Assembly: GCF_964213995.1 (NCBI RefSeq)
Contig: NC_135808.1
Span: 7,502,001-7,566,000 of the forward strand
Direction: 5' to 3'
DNA from: Mustelus asterias
Taxonomy: Eukaryota
Length of the DNA: 64,000 bases
Shown here: positions 23,381-37,661 of the stretch, one piece after another
Layout of the letters: the number at the start of each line of letters is the position of its first letter
Position numbering within the stretch: the stretch's first letter is position 1
Made by a program: the position numbers and the translations under genes
Notes under the pieces: model-generated
Databases searched by the model: none
Told to the model about the DNA's origin: nothing
Seen by the model: the letters and a program-made list of their open reading frames with translations, nothing else

Positions 23381-24879
23381 ACAGAGAATCTCAAGTTCGA
23401 TATCTAGCCTGTTTCCATTTTCGGTGACACATTGAGGAAGCTCATATTAATCAGTCACAATGGACAAGGGTCGAATTGTTTCGTAGGATACAATAACACT
23501 TCAGAAGTTTGGAATTCCGAGACAAAGAATACAAAGATCTATTCTGCTACGTGCTTCCTGCCAGACTTGTCACCGCAGGACGCAATGATAATGGAGTTCT
23601 GACCAATCACAACTATCCGTTTCTATCCATTTACCCTGACGTGAGACAAGAGGACTGCTTTGCTGGCCAGATTTGGTTCCAGAGGCCGAACCTCAAGCTT
23701 CTATTGCCTATTATGTTGCACTAACCACACTCCACCCCCTGAGTCACTCAAATAGCCTATTTAAAAATAGCCTTCTAAAAGAGAACTAAATGTGCAGTTC
23801 CATGAACCAAATGTAACTGTTTTTAACAGCCAACGGTAGACTTTTCATAGATTAACCACAACTTTACCGAGATATGCTATTCTTTCCTGATCACTCAATT
23901 TAATCGCAGATCATGTCCTTTGGTTCTACTCTTCATCTTGTCCAAATGTCAATTCATTTTCTCCTTCTTTTATTACCTCTAATAATTCCGTCACTACGGA
24001 CGTTCGGCTTACTAGCTTCTCGTAAGCCAAGTTGTTTAGCCCCTTTAGAATCACAAAAGCAACAATCATATTCCCTGTAAACCTTTGCTTTGTCAACGTC
24101 CATTCGCTCTGCATAACTCAATCCCCCCAACTTCTCACTCATTCTGATTGGTCCTTTCTGTGTTCTTTGAATAACTGCATTGCCTGTTTATTGCAGTGTT
24201 TTTTTAATGTCCTTAGCTGAGTGGGTCAGCTGTCATGGAATGAACGCTTGCATTGGACAATCGGTATGCAACAGGTTGTGAATGGCGCAAAACAGACAGA
24301 TTTCCACCCTGTTCCCCCAAATCAGACAGCATCCAGTCCCATTATCTTTTCACGCATACGAGTAATGTTGTCACAGTTGATAGAGTCAGCCCAAAACATT
24401 CAGCCGGTGACGGCAGTGAAAGCCGGCAATATCGAATTCGTAACCTCTTTTATACATCTCAATTTGAATTTTCTCGGGAAGTAATGTAAAATGAACCCCA
24501 TCGACCAAAACCAATTTAGACCTGGTGCCAACAATGGTCGCGCCCGATATCCAATATTTGGACGAGGAGGAGTACGTTTAACATAGCTAACTCTGCTTCT
24601 CCTTTATAGCTGTCGCCTGATTCTCGTCCAATTGAATTTCGTGCAATTAAAATGAGACCGGCTCCTTAATGTGGGGGAAGGGATTATGGTGCCCGTCAAA
24701 TGACCTTCCAGGTGGTAAAACTGAAATCGACATAGCCGGGAGATTAAATTATTCAATATCTTCATAAAACAGAATCGTGTATATAAGAATTTGAAAGATA
24801 AATAATTAAAGCATGAAACTCCTTCTGAATCAGTCTGCCCAAAACGTAACAGCATTCCCCTGAAAGTATACATAATTGG

Positions 24880-25230
24880 TTTTGATTTGATTTATTATTG
24901 TCACATGTATTATCATACAGTGAAAGGCATTGCTTCTTGCGCGCTATACAGACAAAACATACAGCCTGTAGAGAAGGAAACGGGAGAATGCAGAATGTAG
25001 TGTTACAGTCATAGCTAGGGTATAGAGAAAGATCAACTTCTTGCAAGGTAAGTCCATTCAAAAGTCTGACAGCAGCAGGGAAGAAGCGGTTCTTGAGTCA
25101 GTTGGTACGTGACCTCAGATTTTTGTATATTTTTCCCGAAGGAAGGAGGTGGAAGAGAGAATGCCCGGGGTGAGTGGGGTCTTTAATTATGCTGGCTGCT
25201 TGGCAGCGGGAAGTGTGGACAGATTCAATG
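24880..25230 (-). mobile_element. Rex1/Babar-like LINE 3' end (related pieces at about 12060-12140 and 43190-43440)
   Basis: (CAAAT)n tail on the minus strand. The 43 kb copy encodes [20 protein letters not shown]. Confidence 0.65.
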
Positions 25231-25994
25231 GCTGGTTAATTATGTGTGTTAAGGGCAATCAATCCATCAGTAACATTCAGCGGGGAATTTACTGATTTGA
25301 CATGTTGCAGATGTGTTTATATTTCACATCTGCTATTATCTTAACTATACCCAGATGTGTTAGAAATAGACCTTTCTATCGTACGTGTCAGCAATTAGCC
25401 TGCTACGTGACTCATTAAAGGTTAAGGTTTTGTACCTGCCGCTGTTTAAAATAACAACTTGAGTAAAACCAAATGCATTTGAGAGTATTTGAATGTGATT
25501 GTATAGAAAGCTCAGCCGCCTCTGCCATGGACGCCTGACGGTGATGTAGACAACAACGCAGAAGCTAAATACCTAACAACGTTAATCCATCCTTACAGTT
25601 TTGCCCCTTGTTAACAGATGTTAGCAAAGCGTTGCTTTTGCAGGTTGCACATTTTGACCTTCATTCCAATTTGCGGTACTACGACCTTACAATCCAATGT
25701 ATCAGTAACACTGGTAAATTAGCTTTGGCAATGGAAGGGTTAACTACTACAAAAGTTGACAAATCACATAAGCCGCAAGCAGTATTTCAGCCACACGGGA
25801 AAACTATGTGAAAACCAAAGGTCTTGGTTAAAGCAGACCCAGATAAGAAGCAAGGACCAATTAATTGAACGAGATGCAGTTGTAGCCCATTAGAACAAGG
25901 AACAATGGAAAGGAAAGTTGATTTACCGTTGGGCAGATATATAGCTATCATTGCTTGATGATATAATCTCCACAAGTTATAATTGGACAACTAT

Positions 25995-26260
25995 AAAGTA
26001 AAGTGTATTTATTAGTCACAAGTAAGGCTTACATTAACACTGCAATGAAGTTACTGGGAAATTCCCCGAGTCGCCACAGTCCGGCGCCTGTTCGGGTCAA
26101 TGCATCAGAATGTGGGAGGAAACTGGAGCACCCAGAGGAAACCCACGCAAACACGGGAGAACGTGTAAACTTCACACCATCAGTGACCCAAGCTGGGAAA
26201 CCGACCCGGATCCCTGGCGCTCTGAGGTAGCGTGCTAACCATTGTGCTACCATGCCACCC
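25995..26260 (-). mobile_element. V-SINE with alternative 3' tail
   Basis: HE1 head plus CAGTAACTTCATTGCAGTGTTAATGTAAGCC tail. Confidence 0.85.
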
Positions 26261-27004
26261 TACCCTTATGTATGCATGATGTAACCTTACTCAATATTTA
26301 TGAGTGGATAGAGCTAACTTCTTCACTTTGATCAGTCCATGCTAATCGAATTTCAAATTGCTTGACTATTTCTGAATCCTGCACTCTGTCTGGTCTAAAT
26401 GCTTTAGTCGAAGTCTGGAGTGCTACAGTCGTCAATAAATCATTTTGAACTACTCTGTCTTGCTACTTGAGGGGAACGATAGTTTTAACTGCAACAGGAA
26501 ATGCATCGTGACGGCCCCAAAACAGGCAACATTAAAGATGGGTTTCAATTCTGACGAGAAATCACAAACTGAGCCAAGGGGTGCCACAATTGAAAATGTG
26601 GTCCTAAAGCAGGAAATGTTACTAGATATGGGTAAAATTTAGCAGAAACTGATACTATCCTAGTTTCATAATATTCAAGTTCTTATAAAACATTTGACAT
26701 AACCCGGCTGTAGAGTAGAGCTTGGAGAATTCAGATAGTCTCTAAGAAATAGCAGTAGATGTTGATGTAATTTTTGCTGAATGAACTAACAGATCATGCA
26801 TAACTAATAAATCATAATATTTAATAATGTAAAAGCTTGCTGTGAAATGGTGATCTCCAGATTTTGTTTTAGTGTCAGGGAGGTTGCCTCACTCTGCGTT
26901 TGACTTCCCAGACCGCCTGCTGGTCGCGTTCTCACATACAAGGTTTTTTGTTCACTTCTCTACTCGGATGGCGGTGAATCAGAGTTCGCATCGAGGAACT
27001 CAAT

Positions 27005-27290
27005 GGGGCAGCACGGTAGCACAGTGGTTGGCACTGTTGCATCATAGCACCAGAGACCTGGGTTCGATTCCCGGCTTGGGTCACCATCTGTGTAGAGTTT
27101 GTACGTTCTCCCCGTGTCTGTGTGGGTTTCCTCCGGGTGCTATGATTTCCTCCCACATTCTGAAAGACGTGCTGGTCAGGTACATTGACCCGAAAAGGCG
27201 CTGGACTGTGGTGACTAAGGGGATTTAACAGTAACTTCATTGCAGTGTTAATGTAACCTTTACTTGTGACACTAATAAATTAACTTTAAC
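27005..27290 (+). mobile_element. V-SINE with alternative 3' tail
   Basis: Same head and tail as the 32247 copy. Confidence 0.88.
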
Positions 27291-27309
27291 TTTCATTTCT
27301 GAGCACCAG

Positions 27310-30300
27310 ACCATAAGAAATAAGAACAGGAGTAGGCCGTTCGGCCCCTCGAGCTTGCTCTGCCATTCAAAAGGATCATTGCTCCATAATTCCTCACGTC
27401 CACTTTCCTGCCCTTTCCCCACAATGCTAGATTCCCTTACTGATTCAAAATGCACCTATTTCAGCCTTGAATATGCAGAAGGGCTCTGCCCCATAGCTCT
27501 CTCCCATATGTTTCAATGATATCACCTCTCATGCTTCTACATTCCAATGAGCAGATTTCCAAGCTGGTTAAACTTTCCTCATAAGACAATCGCCCCAAAC
27601 TGGGGATCCTAGCGAACATTCTCTGAACTACCTCCAATGAAATAGTATATTTCCTTAAATAAGGGGACCAAACCTGTTCACAGTACTCTAGATGTGGTCT
27701 CACCACTGTCTTATACAGTTGAGTTTCATATTCTTATACTCCAACCCCCTTGAAATAAGGGCCAACATTCCATTCACCTTCCTGGTTGCCTGATGCACCT
27801 GTGTGCTAGCTTGCTGTGTTTCTTGGACACGTACTCCTTAGTCAACTTGTTTTTCAGCTATCTGCAGATTTTCTCCATTTAAGTGATACTCTGTTCTTTT
27901 GGTCTCCCTTCCAACATGCACAGCGTCTCATTTTCCCACATTATATTCCATTTGCCACCTTTTTGCCTACTTATTTGACCTGTCGATATATCTTTGTGGA
28001 ATGTTTGTATCCCTCTCGCAACTTTCCTGTCCATATATTTTTGTGTCATCTGCAAATTTGGTTACAGTCCATTTGCCTCTTTCCACTATGTGATGAGTTT
28101 ATATTGTAAACAGTTACAGTCCCAGTACTGATCCCTGTGGAACCCACTGGTTACAGGTCGCCAACCTGAAAAAAACCCTTTATCCCATCTCATTGTTTCC
28201 TGCCCATGAGCCAATTCTCTATCAATGCCTATATACCACTTCTAACACCATGGACTCTTATCTTATGGCTTACCCTTTTGTGAGATATCTGACCGAACGC
28301 CTTCTGCAAGTCCAAATACGACATGTCCGCTAGTTCCCCTCCATTCGCTCTGTTTGAGACTTCCTCGAACATCTCTAACAACTTAATGAGACACGGTTTC
28401 CCTTTCATGGATCCATGCGGACTCTGCTTGATTTGATTATGATTTTCCAAATGTGCCATTATTTCTTACTTAATAATTGATTGCAATTTTTTTCCAACAA
28501 TAGATGATACGCTGATAACATATAGTAATTGGCATTTTGCCTCTCTCCCTTTTTCAATAGGGGTGTAACATTGTCAGTTTTCCAATCCTCCAGTACTTTC
28601 CCAGAATCCAAGGGTTTTTGAAAATTACAAGCAAGGGATCCACCATATCTGTAGCTACTTCTTTTGGGAGCCTAGGATGCAAGCCATGAAGGCCAAGGGG
28701 GCTTATCTGCCTTTAGTTTCATTAGTGTGTCTAATAGTGATGGTGATGGTACACCATTCCTCTTCTGTATTCTTTAGTGTTAATGGGATGTTCGAGGTAT
28801 CTTCTACTGTAATGACTGGTGCAAAATATCTATTTAACTCGTCAGCTATTTCCTTGTTCCCCATAACAATCTCCCCAGGTACATTCTCTAAAGGGCTTAT
28901 GTTCACTTTGATCTTTCTCTCCTGTTTTACATATTTAAAGGAGACTTTATTGTCAGTTTTTTTATTCCTCGCTAGTTTATGCATATAGTTTGTTTTCTCT
29001 CCCTTTATTCTATTTTTAGTCCTCATTTGTTGAATCCCAGTTTTCGGGGCTATCACGCACTTTTGCCTCGATATATGCTTTTTCTTTCAACTAATACCCT
29101 CCTAACTTCCTTGGTTAGCCATGACTGGTTTATCCCTCTCTTAGAATCTTTCAACCTTCCTCAGCTTTATTTTTTGAGAGTAATGAATTACCTCCTTAAA
29201 TGTCTGCAACTGCTTGCTTATTGTATTTCTTGCTAATCAACCTGCCCAGTCCACTTCAGCTAATTCTATCCAAATGTCATTGTAATTCCCTTTATTTAAA
29301 TTAATCACAGTTGTTCTAGACCAAAGTTTCTCACTCTCATGCTGAGTATCCAATTCTGCCATGATATGATCACTATTTCCCAGGGGATCTTTTACTCTGA
29401 GGTCATTATTAAACCTGCATCACTACCCATTACCACATCCAAGATAGCCTTGCCTGGCTCCATGACTATTGCTCTGGGAAACTAACCTTAATGCACTCTA
29501 TGTATTCGTTGGTCGTAGCTACCCTTTCCATCTGATCAACCCAATCAAAATGAAATTAGGATCGAGGTAGCTAAAGTGGACTGGGCAGATGAATTAGCAG
29601 GAAATACAGTAAGCAATCAGTGGTGGACATTTAACGAGATAATTCATGACGCTCAGCAAAAATATATCCCAGTAAGGAGAAAAGATTCTAAGAGAGGGAT
29701 AAACTAACCATGGCTCACCAGGGAAGTTAAGGAGAGTATTAAGTTAAAAGAAAAAGCATATAAGGAGGCAAAAGTAAGTGATATCCCTAAAAAGATCATC
29801 CATAATTGTTGCTCTTTCTTTTGTATGCTCATATTACTTGTTGATTTATACCCCTTCCTACAGTGTGGCTATTTTTAGGGGGTCAATACCTTTCGCCTAC
29901 CAATGACTCCTTTCTCTTGCTGTTCATTGTTTCCACCCAAATGGACACTACATTATCCAAGCCTAGATCGTCTCTCACCTCATTTCATCTCTTATTAACA
30001 GTGTACCCCACCATTTTCCCCTTCCTTCGTGTCTTTCCCAAAAGTTAAATATCTTTGCATATTAAGTTCTCAGTTTTGATCTTTTAACGATGTCTCCATA
30101 ATGGCTATGACCTCATATCCATTTACCTCGATTTGCGATGTGAGTTTGTCTACCTTATTCTAAATGTTTCGTGCATTAGGATACAAATCCTTCCGCTTGC
30201 TTTTTTGCCATATTTAATCATCCTAACTTTGCTTTGTACTGTGGCTACTTGCCTCTCTCCCTTGATTACCCCGTTTACCGTTTTTGCATTTTAGTGTTCT

Positions 30301-30440
30301 TCCTCTTCTTTCTCTTCCCCTCATCACTTTTCTTAGGATCCCATCCCCCTGCCGTTCTCATTTAAACCCTCCCCAACAATCTGAGCAAATATTCGCCCTA
30401 GAATTTTAGTCTCGATCCTGCCCAGGTATAACCCATCGGG
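27310..30440 (-). mobile_element. Degenerate CR1 LINE (ORF2, with an oppositely oriented CR1 piece at about 29560-29790)
   Basis: [22 protein letters not shown] and ADELNRYFA motifs in colinear order. Confidence 0.85.
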
Positions 30441-30829
30441 ATTCCCTAATTTGATAAGATCAGAGCAGATCTGCGACTTTAAGTCCAATTTCCTACCGGC
30501 AGCTCCATAATCCTTGCGTCCCTTGTAGATAAAAAAAACAAGGTTATCTGTATTGTAGAAATGAAGGTGTGACGTTGTTTCACAAAATGTGAAAATCGAG
30601 ATAATATGAGTTCAGACTTTCAATGAAAGATATGCAGTGGACATTATTTCCTAATTTCACTGTGTAATTTAACTTGGTGATAATATACCACGGGTCAGGG
30701 AGGCGATCACTCATTCGTCAATATTCCCTTCCATCGAGCAGTTGGCTTCAGGAGGAATCTATTGAAGAAAGGCATTAAAAACGTAAAAGTCATTGGCTGT
30801 TAAATAAGAAATGGTTAGTTCCACTGTCT

Positions 30830-31310
30830 GTGGCTTCAAAGTCTTGTCCATTCTGGGAACAGCCCAAAATACTGAAGGACCTGGGCACCATCCAGCCTGT
30901 TTGATTCACACCCTGTCCACCACCTCCAACGTATACTCTTTCCAACACCGACGCTTAGCGCTTGCAATACATTATGTACTGCAGCAATTTGCCAAGTCTC
31001 CTTATTTAGCACCTTCCAAACCTCCACCACGGAGATGAACAAGGGCAGCAGGTGCATGGGAACTCCACCATCTGTAAATGCCCTTCGAAGCTACACACGA
31101 TCCTGGCTTAGAAATATACCGCCGTTCCTTCACTGTCGCTGGGTCAAAATCCTGGAACTCCCTCCATAACAGCACTGAGGGTGTACCTACACCATATGGA
31201 CTACCGAGGTTCAAGAAGGTAGCTAACTGCCATCTTCTCAAGGGCTCGAGATGGGCAAAACATATTGGCCTGGCCAGCGATGCAAACATCCCGTGAAACG
31301 GTAACAAAGG
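30830..31310 (+). mobile_element. LINE 3' fragment whose tail matches SINE family 2
   Basis: YRRSFTVAGSKSWNSL...FKKVANCHLLKG C-terminus; tail GATGGGCAA..TGGCCTGGCCAGCGA. Confidence 0.75.
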
Positions 31311-32246
31311 AAAATAATAAAATTCTCACCAAGAGAATGAAGGAGAGTTTAGTCAAACATTTCTCGTACCGCGATTTATGGGGGAGGCGGACGAGTAGCC
31401 ACAGGGAATAATAATCATAAACACTCGCTCGTTATCATTACAAAATACCTTTATTTGGTACAGGATTTGTCGATACTGATATTCATGAGGGGCGCAATCG
31501 ATGGATTGCAGACTTATGAATTTTGCTATCACTCCGGTTCATTGACAGCAGGCAGATCTCAGAGCTTCGAAACATTCAAAGACAGGATGAAGATTTAACA
31601 ATGCACTAACTTTTTCATAAAAGTATTTTAAGCTATTCAAAAATCTCGGAATCTCTAACCCCACTTATGCCTAGATATCCATGACAAACTGTTCCACTGG
31701 ACAGTTCTTAGCAAATAAAACACACAGAACAAGTAACAGGGAAAATCATATATATTTTCGAATTATAACATTTACAGATTTGTAATGGCAGTCTATTGTG
31801 CTTGCTCATATCGATTCGATCCATTTAACGTTTTGGTAGGTTTTCCAATTGTATCCAGAGTGTTGGAAAGGACTGAACCAGCGGTGAGCTGAATTTCGCA
31901 TCCTGCTACGGTCCTGCTCTTTGCAAAGTCTTTCAATATCTATTTTAGAGTTGTAAATTTTGCTTTTTACCGAAACAGTGATCTATCACTTGAGTTTAGT
32001 ACAATATGGGCTGATGAAATGTATCTCTGGTTGTACTTTTGGAACCCTGCTGAGTTTCAATTAAGGTATCATTGTCTTCAAATAAACATTATAAACCGTC
32101 CACTGTATTAGCTACTGTTATTTTTAATAATCTATGAAGGATTTGTAAAAAACCAAAGTCACTGAATATAATTCCACTGATAATACATTATAATGTCAGT
32201 GCCACCAGAACCTGGTCATTTTCTACTGTAAAATAGGAACTTAAAA

Positions 32247-32560
32247 GGGGCGGCACTGTGGCACAATGTTTAGCATTGCTACCTCACAGCACCAGGGGCC
32301 TGGGTTCAACCCCAGCCTCGGGTCACTGTCTGTCTAGAGTCTGCACATTCTCCCTGTGTCTGCGTGGGTTTCCTCCGGGTACTCCGGTTTCCTCCCACAG
32401 TCTGAAAGACGTGCTGGTTTGGTGCTTTGACCATGCTAAATTCTCCCTCAGTGTACCCAAACAGGGGCCGGAGTATGGCGACGAGGGAATTTTCACAGTA
32501 ACTTCATTGCAGTGTTAATGTAAGCCTACTTATGACTAATAAATAAACTTTACATTAAAA
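32247..32560 (+). mobile_element. V-SINE with alternative 3' tail
   Basis: Full-length head and tail. Confidence 0.9.
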
Positions 32561-32884
32561 CTTTAATTGCTGAAAGCACAATCTTCAGTTGGTCTCATTA
32601 TTATATTATAAAACAAAATGTGTTTAGGTCCTGAATACTCATTTTCCATGTTCTACGTTTCTAGGGGAAAACTGATCGTAGATCTCCTCGGTCAATTGAA
32701 CAGTATTTGATGAACCTACTTTTACATCCTCCAACTTTTGCAATTCTTAAACAATTACTACTCCAGCACGCATTATTAGAAGGGCGACCTGAAGCACACT
32801 CTTTATAGAGGTGCAGGGAGTTAGCTTGCTACTGACTCTTGATCCGAATATCATAATAATTATATACATAGCAACATAGAAAAT

Positions 32885-33135
32885 AGCACGGTGACACAGT
32901 GGTTAGCACAGCGGCCTCACAGCGCCAGTGACACGGGTTAGATTCCTAGCTTGGGTCACTGTCTGCATGGTGTTTGCACATTTTCCCATATGGTTAGGTG
33001 CATTGGCCATGCTGAATCCTCCCTCAGTGTACCCGAACAGGCGCCAGAGTGTGGCGACTGGGAAATTGTCACAGTAACTTCATTGCAATGTTAATATAAA
33101 CCTTCTTGTGACATTAATGAATAAAGTTAACTTAA
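32885..33135 (+). mobile_element. V-SINE with alternative 3' tail (internally deleted)
   Basis: Head and tail match the 32247 copy. Confidence 0.85.
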
Positions 33136-33959
33136 AAATCTCGTGGCAATACATGCAAGAGAGCCAGTAAGATTTCCCCCTGTCGGGCTTCGCGATGGGG
33201 AGTACTTTTTGCAATAAACAATTGAGGCTTTAAGTGTTAGGACTGATCAAAGATGTGCCTGGCCTGTTGCAGCGTTCAATCGCAGCCGGTATTGCCTATA
33301 AGAACAAACAAAGATCTAGCAGACACTCTACCGGGAACTGGTCTCCACAAGGATATGTTTATGGCCGGGTAGCACGTTTTAACCTACCCTTGCATTATCA
33401 GAATGGAAACAGAATTGTGTGAATTTATCAGTTGCCACTTTCCAGTCGCGTTCAGTTGGTGGCCCCCTCACCTGACAGCAGCTTCACACTCCATCAGATA
33501 TCTGGCGCTTTCTCCACCAGCTCTTTCTAATGGTGTCACATAAACTGGCGTCCGACCCTTTTAGAAATTGGATATTTGCCCACCAGCGTTTCTTTTAGGC
33601 CATGTCCCCACTGTGGTGGTGACTGGTGCACCCTTTCCTCCATAATTCACGGTTCAGTCCAGAAGCATTGAGACCACCATCCACTTTCCCCAAAAAGCAC
33701 CAGCACCCCTACCCACCCATTACACGAATAACGTGAGCAAGCTAAATCTACTGAGATTCACTCTCTGAACTCCTAGGGAGTAATTGTAGTTGTATTTAGA
33801 CCCCACCGTATTGCATTCATTGTCAACCGGCAGGAAAACTATACATTGCTGTCATACCAAAGTTAGACCCGCTGAGGAAAAAAATGTGAAAAAGTATTTG
33901 GCACCCCTACAAAAATTGATTCCTTGCGAATTGAGTTTCTTGGAACTCTGCAAATGTTT

Positions 33960-34225
33960 TAAAGTTTGAAGGTTATTTATTAGTGTCATAAGTAGGCTTA
34001 CATTAACACTGCAATGAAGTTACTGTGAAAATCCCTTCATCGCCAGACTCCGGCGCCTGTTTGGATACACTGAGGGAGAATTTAGCATGGCCAATGCACA
34101 TAACCAGCACGTCATTTGGACTGTGGGAGGAAACCGGAGCAACCGGAGGAAACCCATGCAGACACGGGGAGAACAGTGACCCAAGGCTGGAATTGAACCC
34201 GGATCCCTGGTGCTGTGGGGCAGCG
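33960..34225 (-). mobile_element. V-SINE with alternative 3' tail
   Basis: Reverse complement of the 32247 copy. Confidence 0.85.
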
Positions 34226-34354
34226 ATTTTTTAATCTTATTATCGCGCATGTGCCTGCTTCATAGTTAGCTGCAAAAGCCTTAGTGAATCTGTTTCATTG
34301 TGATACTGATCGTTGGGTCACCTTCAACCTTAGAAAAGCCCAGAATATGTGAAG

Positions 34355-34475
34355 TATAAAACGTATAAGTATATAGATACGTATGTACATGCGTGCGTAC
34401 ATATATGTGTACATACATGCATTCGTGCATGCATACATGTGTAAATGATTACACATATACATATATGCATACAGA
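34355..34475. repeat. Imperfect alternating purine/pyrimidine (TA/CA/TG) low-complexity tract
   Basis: tatatagatacgtatgtacatgcgtgcgtacatatatgtgtacatacatgc... Confidence 0.75.
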
Positions 34476-34517
34476 CGATTTGGAAGCAAGAGTAGGCTAC
34501 TCAACCCCTCAATAATA

Positions 34518-35815
34518 TCATAAGAACATAAGAACTAGGAGCACGTGTTGATCATCTGGCCCCTCGAGCCTGCTCCGTCATTCAATAAAATCATTGCTGA
34601 TCTTTTCATGGACTCAGCTCCACTTACCCGCCACTCACCATTACCCTTAATTCCTTTACTGTTCAAAAATGTATCTATCCTTGCCTTAAAAAACATTCAA
34701 TGAGGTAGCCTCAATTGCTTCACTGGCCGGGGAATTCCAGATTCACAATCCTTTGAGTGAAGACGTTCCTCCTCAACTAAGTCAAAACTCTGCTTCCCCT
34801 TATTTTGAGGCTATGTCCCCTAGTTCTAGTTTCACCTGCCAGTGGAAACAACCTCCCTGCTTCTATCTTATCTATTCCCTTTTTATATGTCTCTATAATA
34901 TCTCCCCTCATTCTTCTGAATTCCAATGAGTATAGCCCCAATCTCTCCTCATACGTCAACCCTCCCAACTCTGGAATCAACCTAGAGAATCTCCTCTGCA
35001 CCGCCTCCAGTGCCAGTATATCCTTTCTCAAGTACCGAGACCAAAACTGTACACAGTACTCCAGGTGTGGCCTCACCAGCACCTTACACAGCTGCAACAT
35101 AACCTCACTGTTTTTAAACTCGATCCCTCTCGCAGTGAAGGACAAAACTCCATTTGCCTTTTTAATTACCTGCTACACCTCCAAACCAACTTTTTGTGAC
35201 TCATGCACAAGGATACTCAGGTCCCTCTGCACAGCAGCATGCTGCAATTTTTTACCATTTAAATAATAGACTATTTCTACCAAAATGGATGACCTCACAT
35301 TTACCAACATTGTACTCCATCTGCCAGACCTTTGCCCACTCACTTAGACTATCTATATCCCTTTGCAGACTTTGTGTCCTCTGAACACTTTGCTCTGCGA
35401 CTCACCTTAATGTCATCTACGAATTTTGACACATTGCACTTGGTCCCCAACTCCATCCATGTAAATTGTAAACAATTGCGGTCCCAACACTGATCCCTGA
35501 GGCACACCACTAGCCACTGATCGCCAATCAGGAAAACACCCTTTTACCCCCACTCTTGGCTTTCTGTTAATTAACCAATCCTCTATCCATGCTAATACAT
35601 TATCCGGAACACCATGCACCTCTATTTTATGCAGCAGTCTTTGGTGAAGCACCTTGTCAAATGCCTTCTGGAAATCTAGATACACCACATCCATAGGCAC
35701 GCCATTGTCCACCGTGCCCGTAATGTTCTCAAAGAATTTCACCAAATTAGTCAAACAAGACCTGCCCTTCATAAACCCATGCTGTGTCTTCTCAATGGGA
35801 CAATTTGTATCGAGA
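34518..35815 (-). mobile_element. CR1 LINE RT plus 3'UTR
   Basis: ORFs 35413-35772 and 34777-35145 with [22 protein letters not shown] and [11 protein letters not shown]. Confidence 0.93.
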
Positions 35816-36960
35816 TATCATGGCTGATCTGATTGCAACTTCAACTTCACATTCTTGCCTCCCCCAAAATCTTTTCACCCCCATGCTTAGAGATAATCTC
35901 TCCACCTCTGCCTTCAAATACATAAATGTTCACTTCCAAAACTTTCCAGGAAGAGAATTCCACAGATCACGCCCTTCTGTGTGAAAATAATCGCCTCATC
36001 TCTCTCTCAAATGGAAAACTCTTATTTTTAAACAGTTATGCCTAGTTCTAGAAATTTCCACCAGAGGAAACATCCGTTCGACACCTGCCCTGAGAAGACC
36101 CACCAAGATCTTGAAGTCTGCGTGCAACTAAGGCAATTCAGATCAGGCGGCTATGTAAAGGGCTATTTATATGTGCAAGTCAAATAGCTACTTGCGCCGT
36201 GTTTGCGCCGGCACTTCCTTGAAGTCCACAGCAGCGTGTGATTTTCCAGTCTGGAAGAACGTTGTTTAAATCTGTGTTCCTTTTTTGAGTTTAAACGGGA
36301 ACAAACGCAGAAAAAAATGCATGAACGCCAATTCTGGTTTGAAATAACTATCCCAGAAGATAGAAAGTTACAGCGAGATTTTCCTGTTCCTGCTTTCAAG
36401 CCTGCGGCTTCAATGAAGACAGAGGTTAATCGCGACACAAAATGGAAAATGTGCTCACAATTGATATTCATAAGACCATAAGATATAGGAGCAAAATTAG
36501 GCCATTCGGCCCATCGACTCTGCTCCGCCATTCGATCATGGCTGGTACGTTTCTCAACCCCATTCTCCCGCCTTTTCCTGTAACCTTTGATCCCCTTACC
36601 AATCAAGAGCCTATCTATCTCTGTCTTCAATGCACTCAATGACTTGGCCTCCACAGCCTTCTGTGGTAATTAATATATTCATATTCAATAACCGCTGCAA
36701 GGACCATTCTCGACTAAACCTGCTGCTGCAAACATGTGCCCTGCGCAGCTTTCATTTGAGAAGCAAAGATGATTACAAATGCTCTTCCTTGTACCGGGGG
36801 TACCCGGCGTCCATAACATTATAACATTCAATATCTGAAAAATATTACAACTGGATCTGCTGCTGCGCAGGAAGGAATTGGGTGGTTGAAATGAATGTCC
36901 AAGGTTGCGTAAAGCTTTAGGAAGACAAACATCATCAGTTCCAGCACTGTGATGTAGTGA

Positions 36961-37250
36961 TGGGCAGCACGGTGGCACAGTGATTAGCACTGCTGCTTCA
37001 AAGCGCCAGGGACCCGGGTTCAATCCGGCCTTGGGTCACTGACTGTGTGGAGTTTGCACATTCTCCCGGGGGTGCTCCGGTTTCCTCCCACAGTCCAAAG
37101 ATGTGAGGGTTAGGTTGATTGGCCAATTGACCTTCGGATTAGAAGTGTAAATATTGAGGTTACGGCAATCGGGCCTGGGTGGGATTGTGGTCAGTGCGGA
37201 CTCGATGGGCCGGATGGCCTCTTTCTGCACTGTAGGGATTCTATGATTCA
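36961..37250 (+). mobile_element. HE1-type V-SINE
   Basis: Head plus GATTCTAT tail. Confidence 0.88.
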
Positions 37251-37661
37251 ATGAGTTAATGTACCCGTTCTATTCAACTGGTCTGTTCACTTCACACGAA
37301 TCTGGATTAGGGCTTTCATTTATGCTCGCAGAGGGCTGCGTCCATGATACTGATGCTGGAGTTATGTTGCTGAAAGAAAAATCCAAAATCCTGGATTGAT
37401 AATACAGCTAAATATGAGTTCAAGTCGCTACCATCGCATAATATGAATTTACGTATGAAAAATAAGCAAAAATGCGGCATTGGTTAAAGTGACTATGACG
37501 CTGTTCTTGTAAAACACAGCTGGTTCACTTCTTTGGATTTTCTTTCATTGGATCTGGCAAGGGCAGCATTTGTTGCCCATCCCTAATTGCCCATGAACAG
37601 ATTAACTTGCTAAGGCCATTACAGAGGAAAGTCTGGAGTCAACCTGGAATCACATGGGGGC

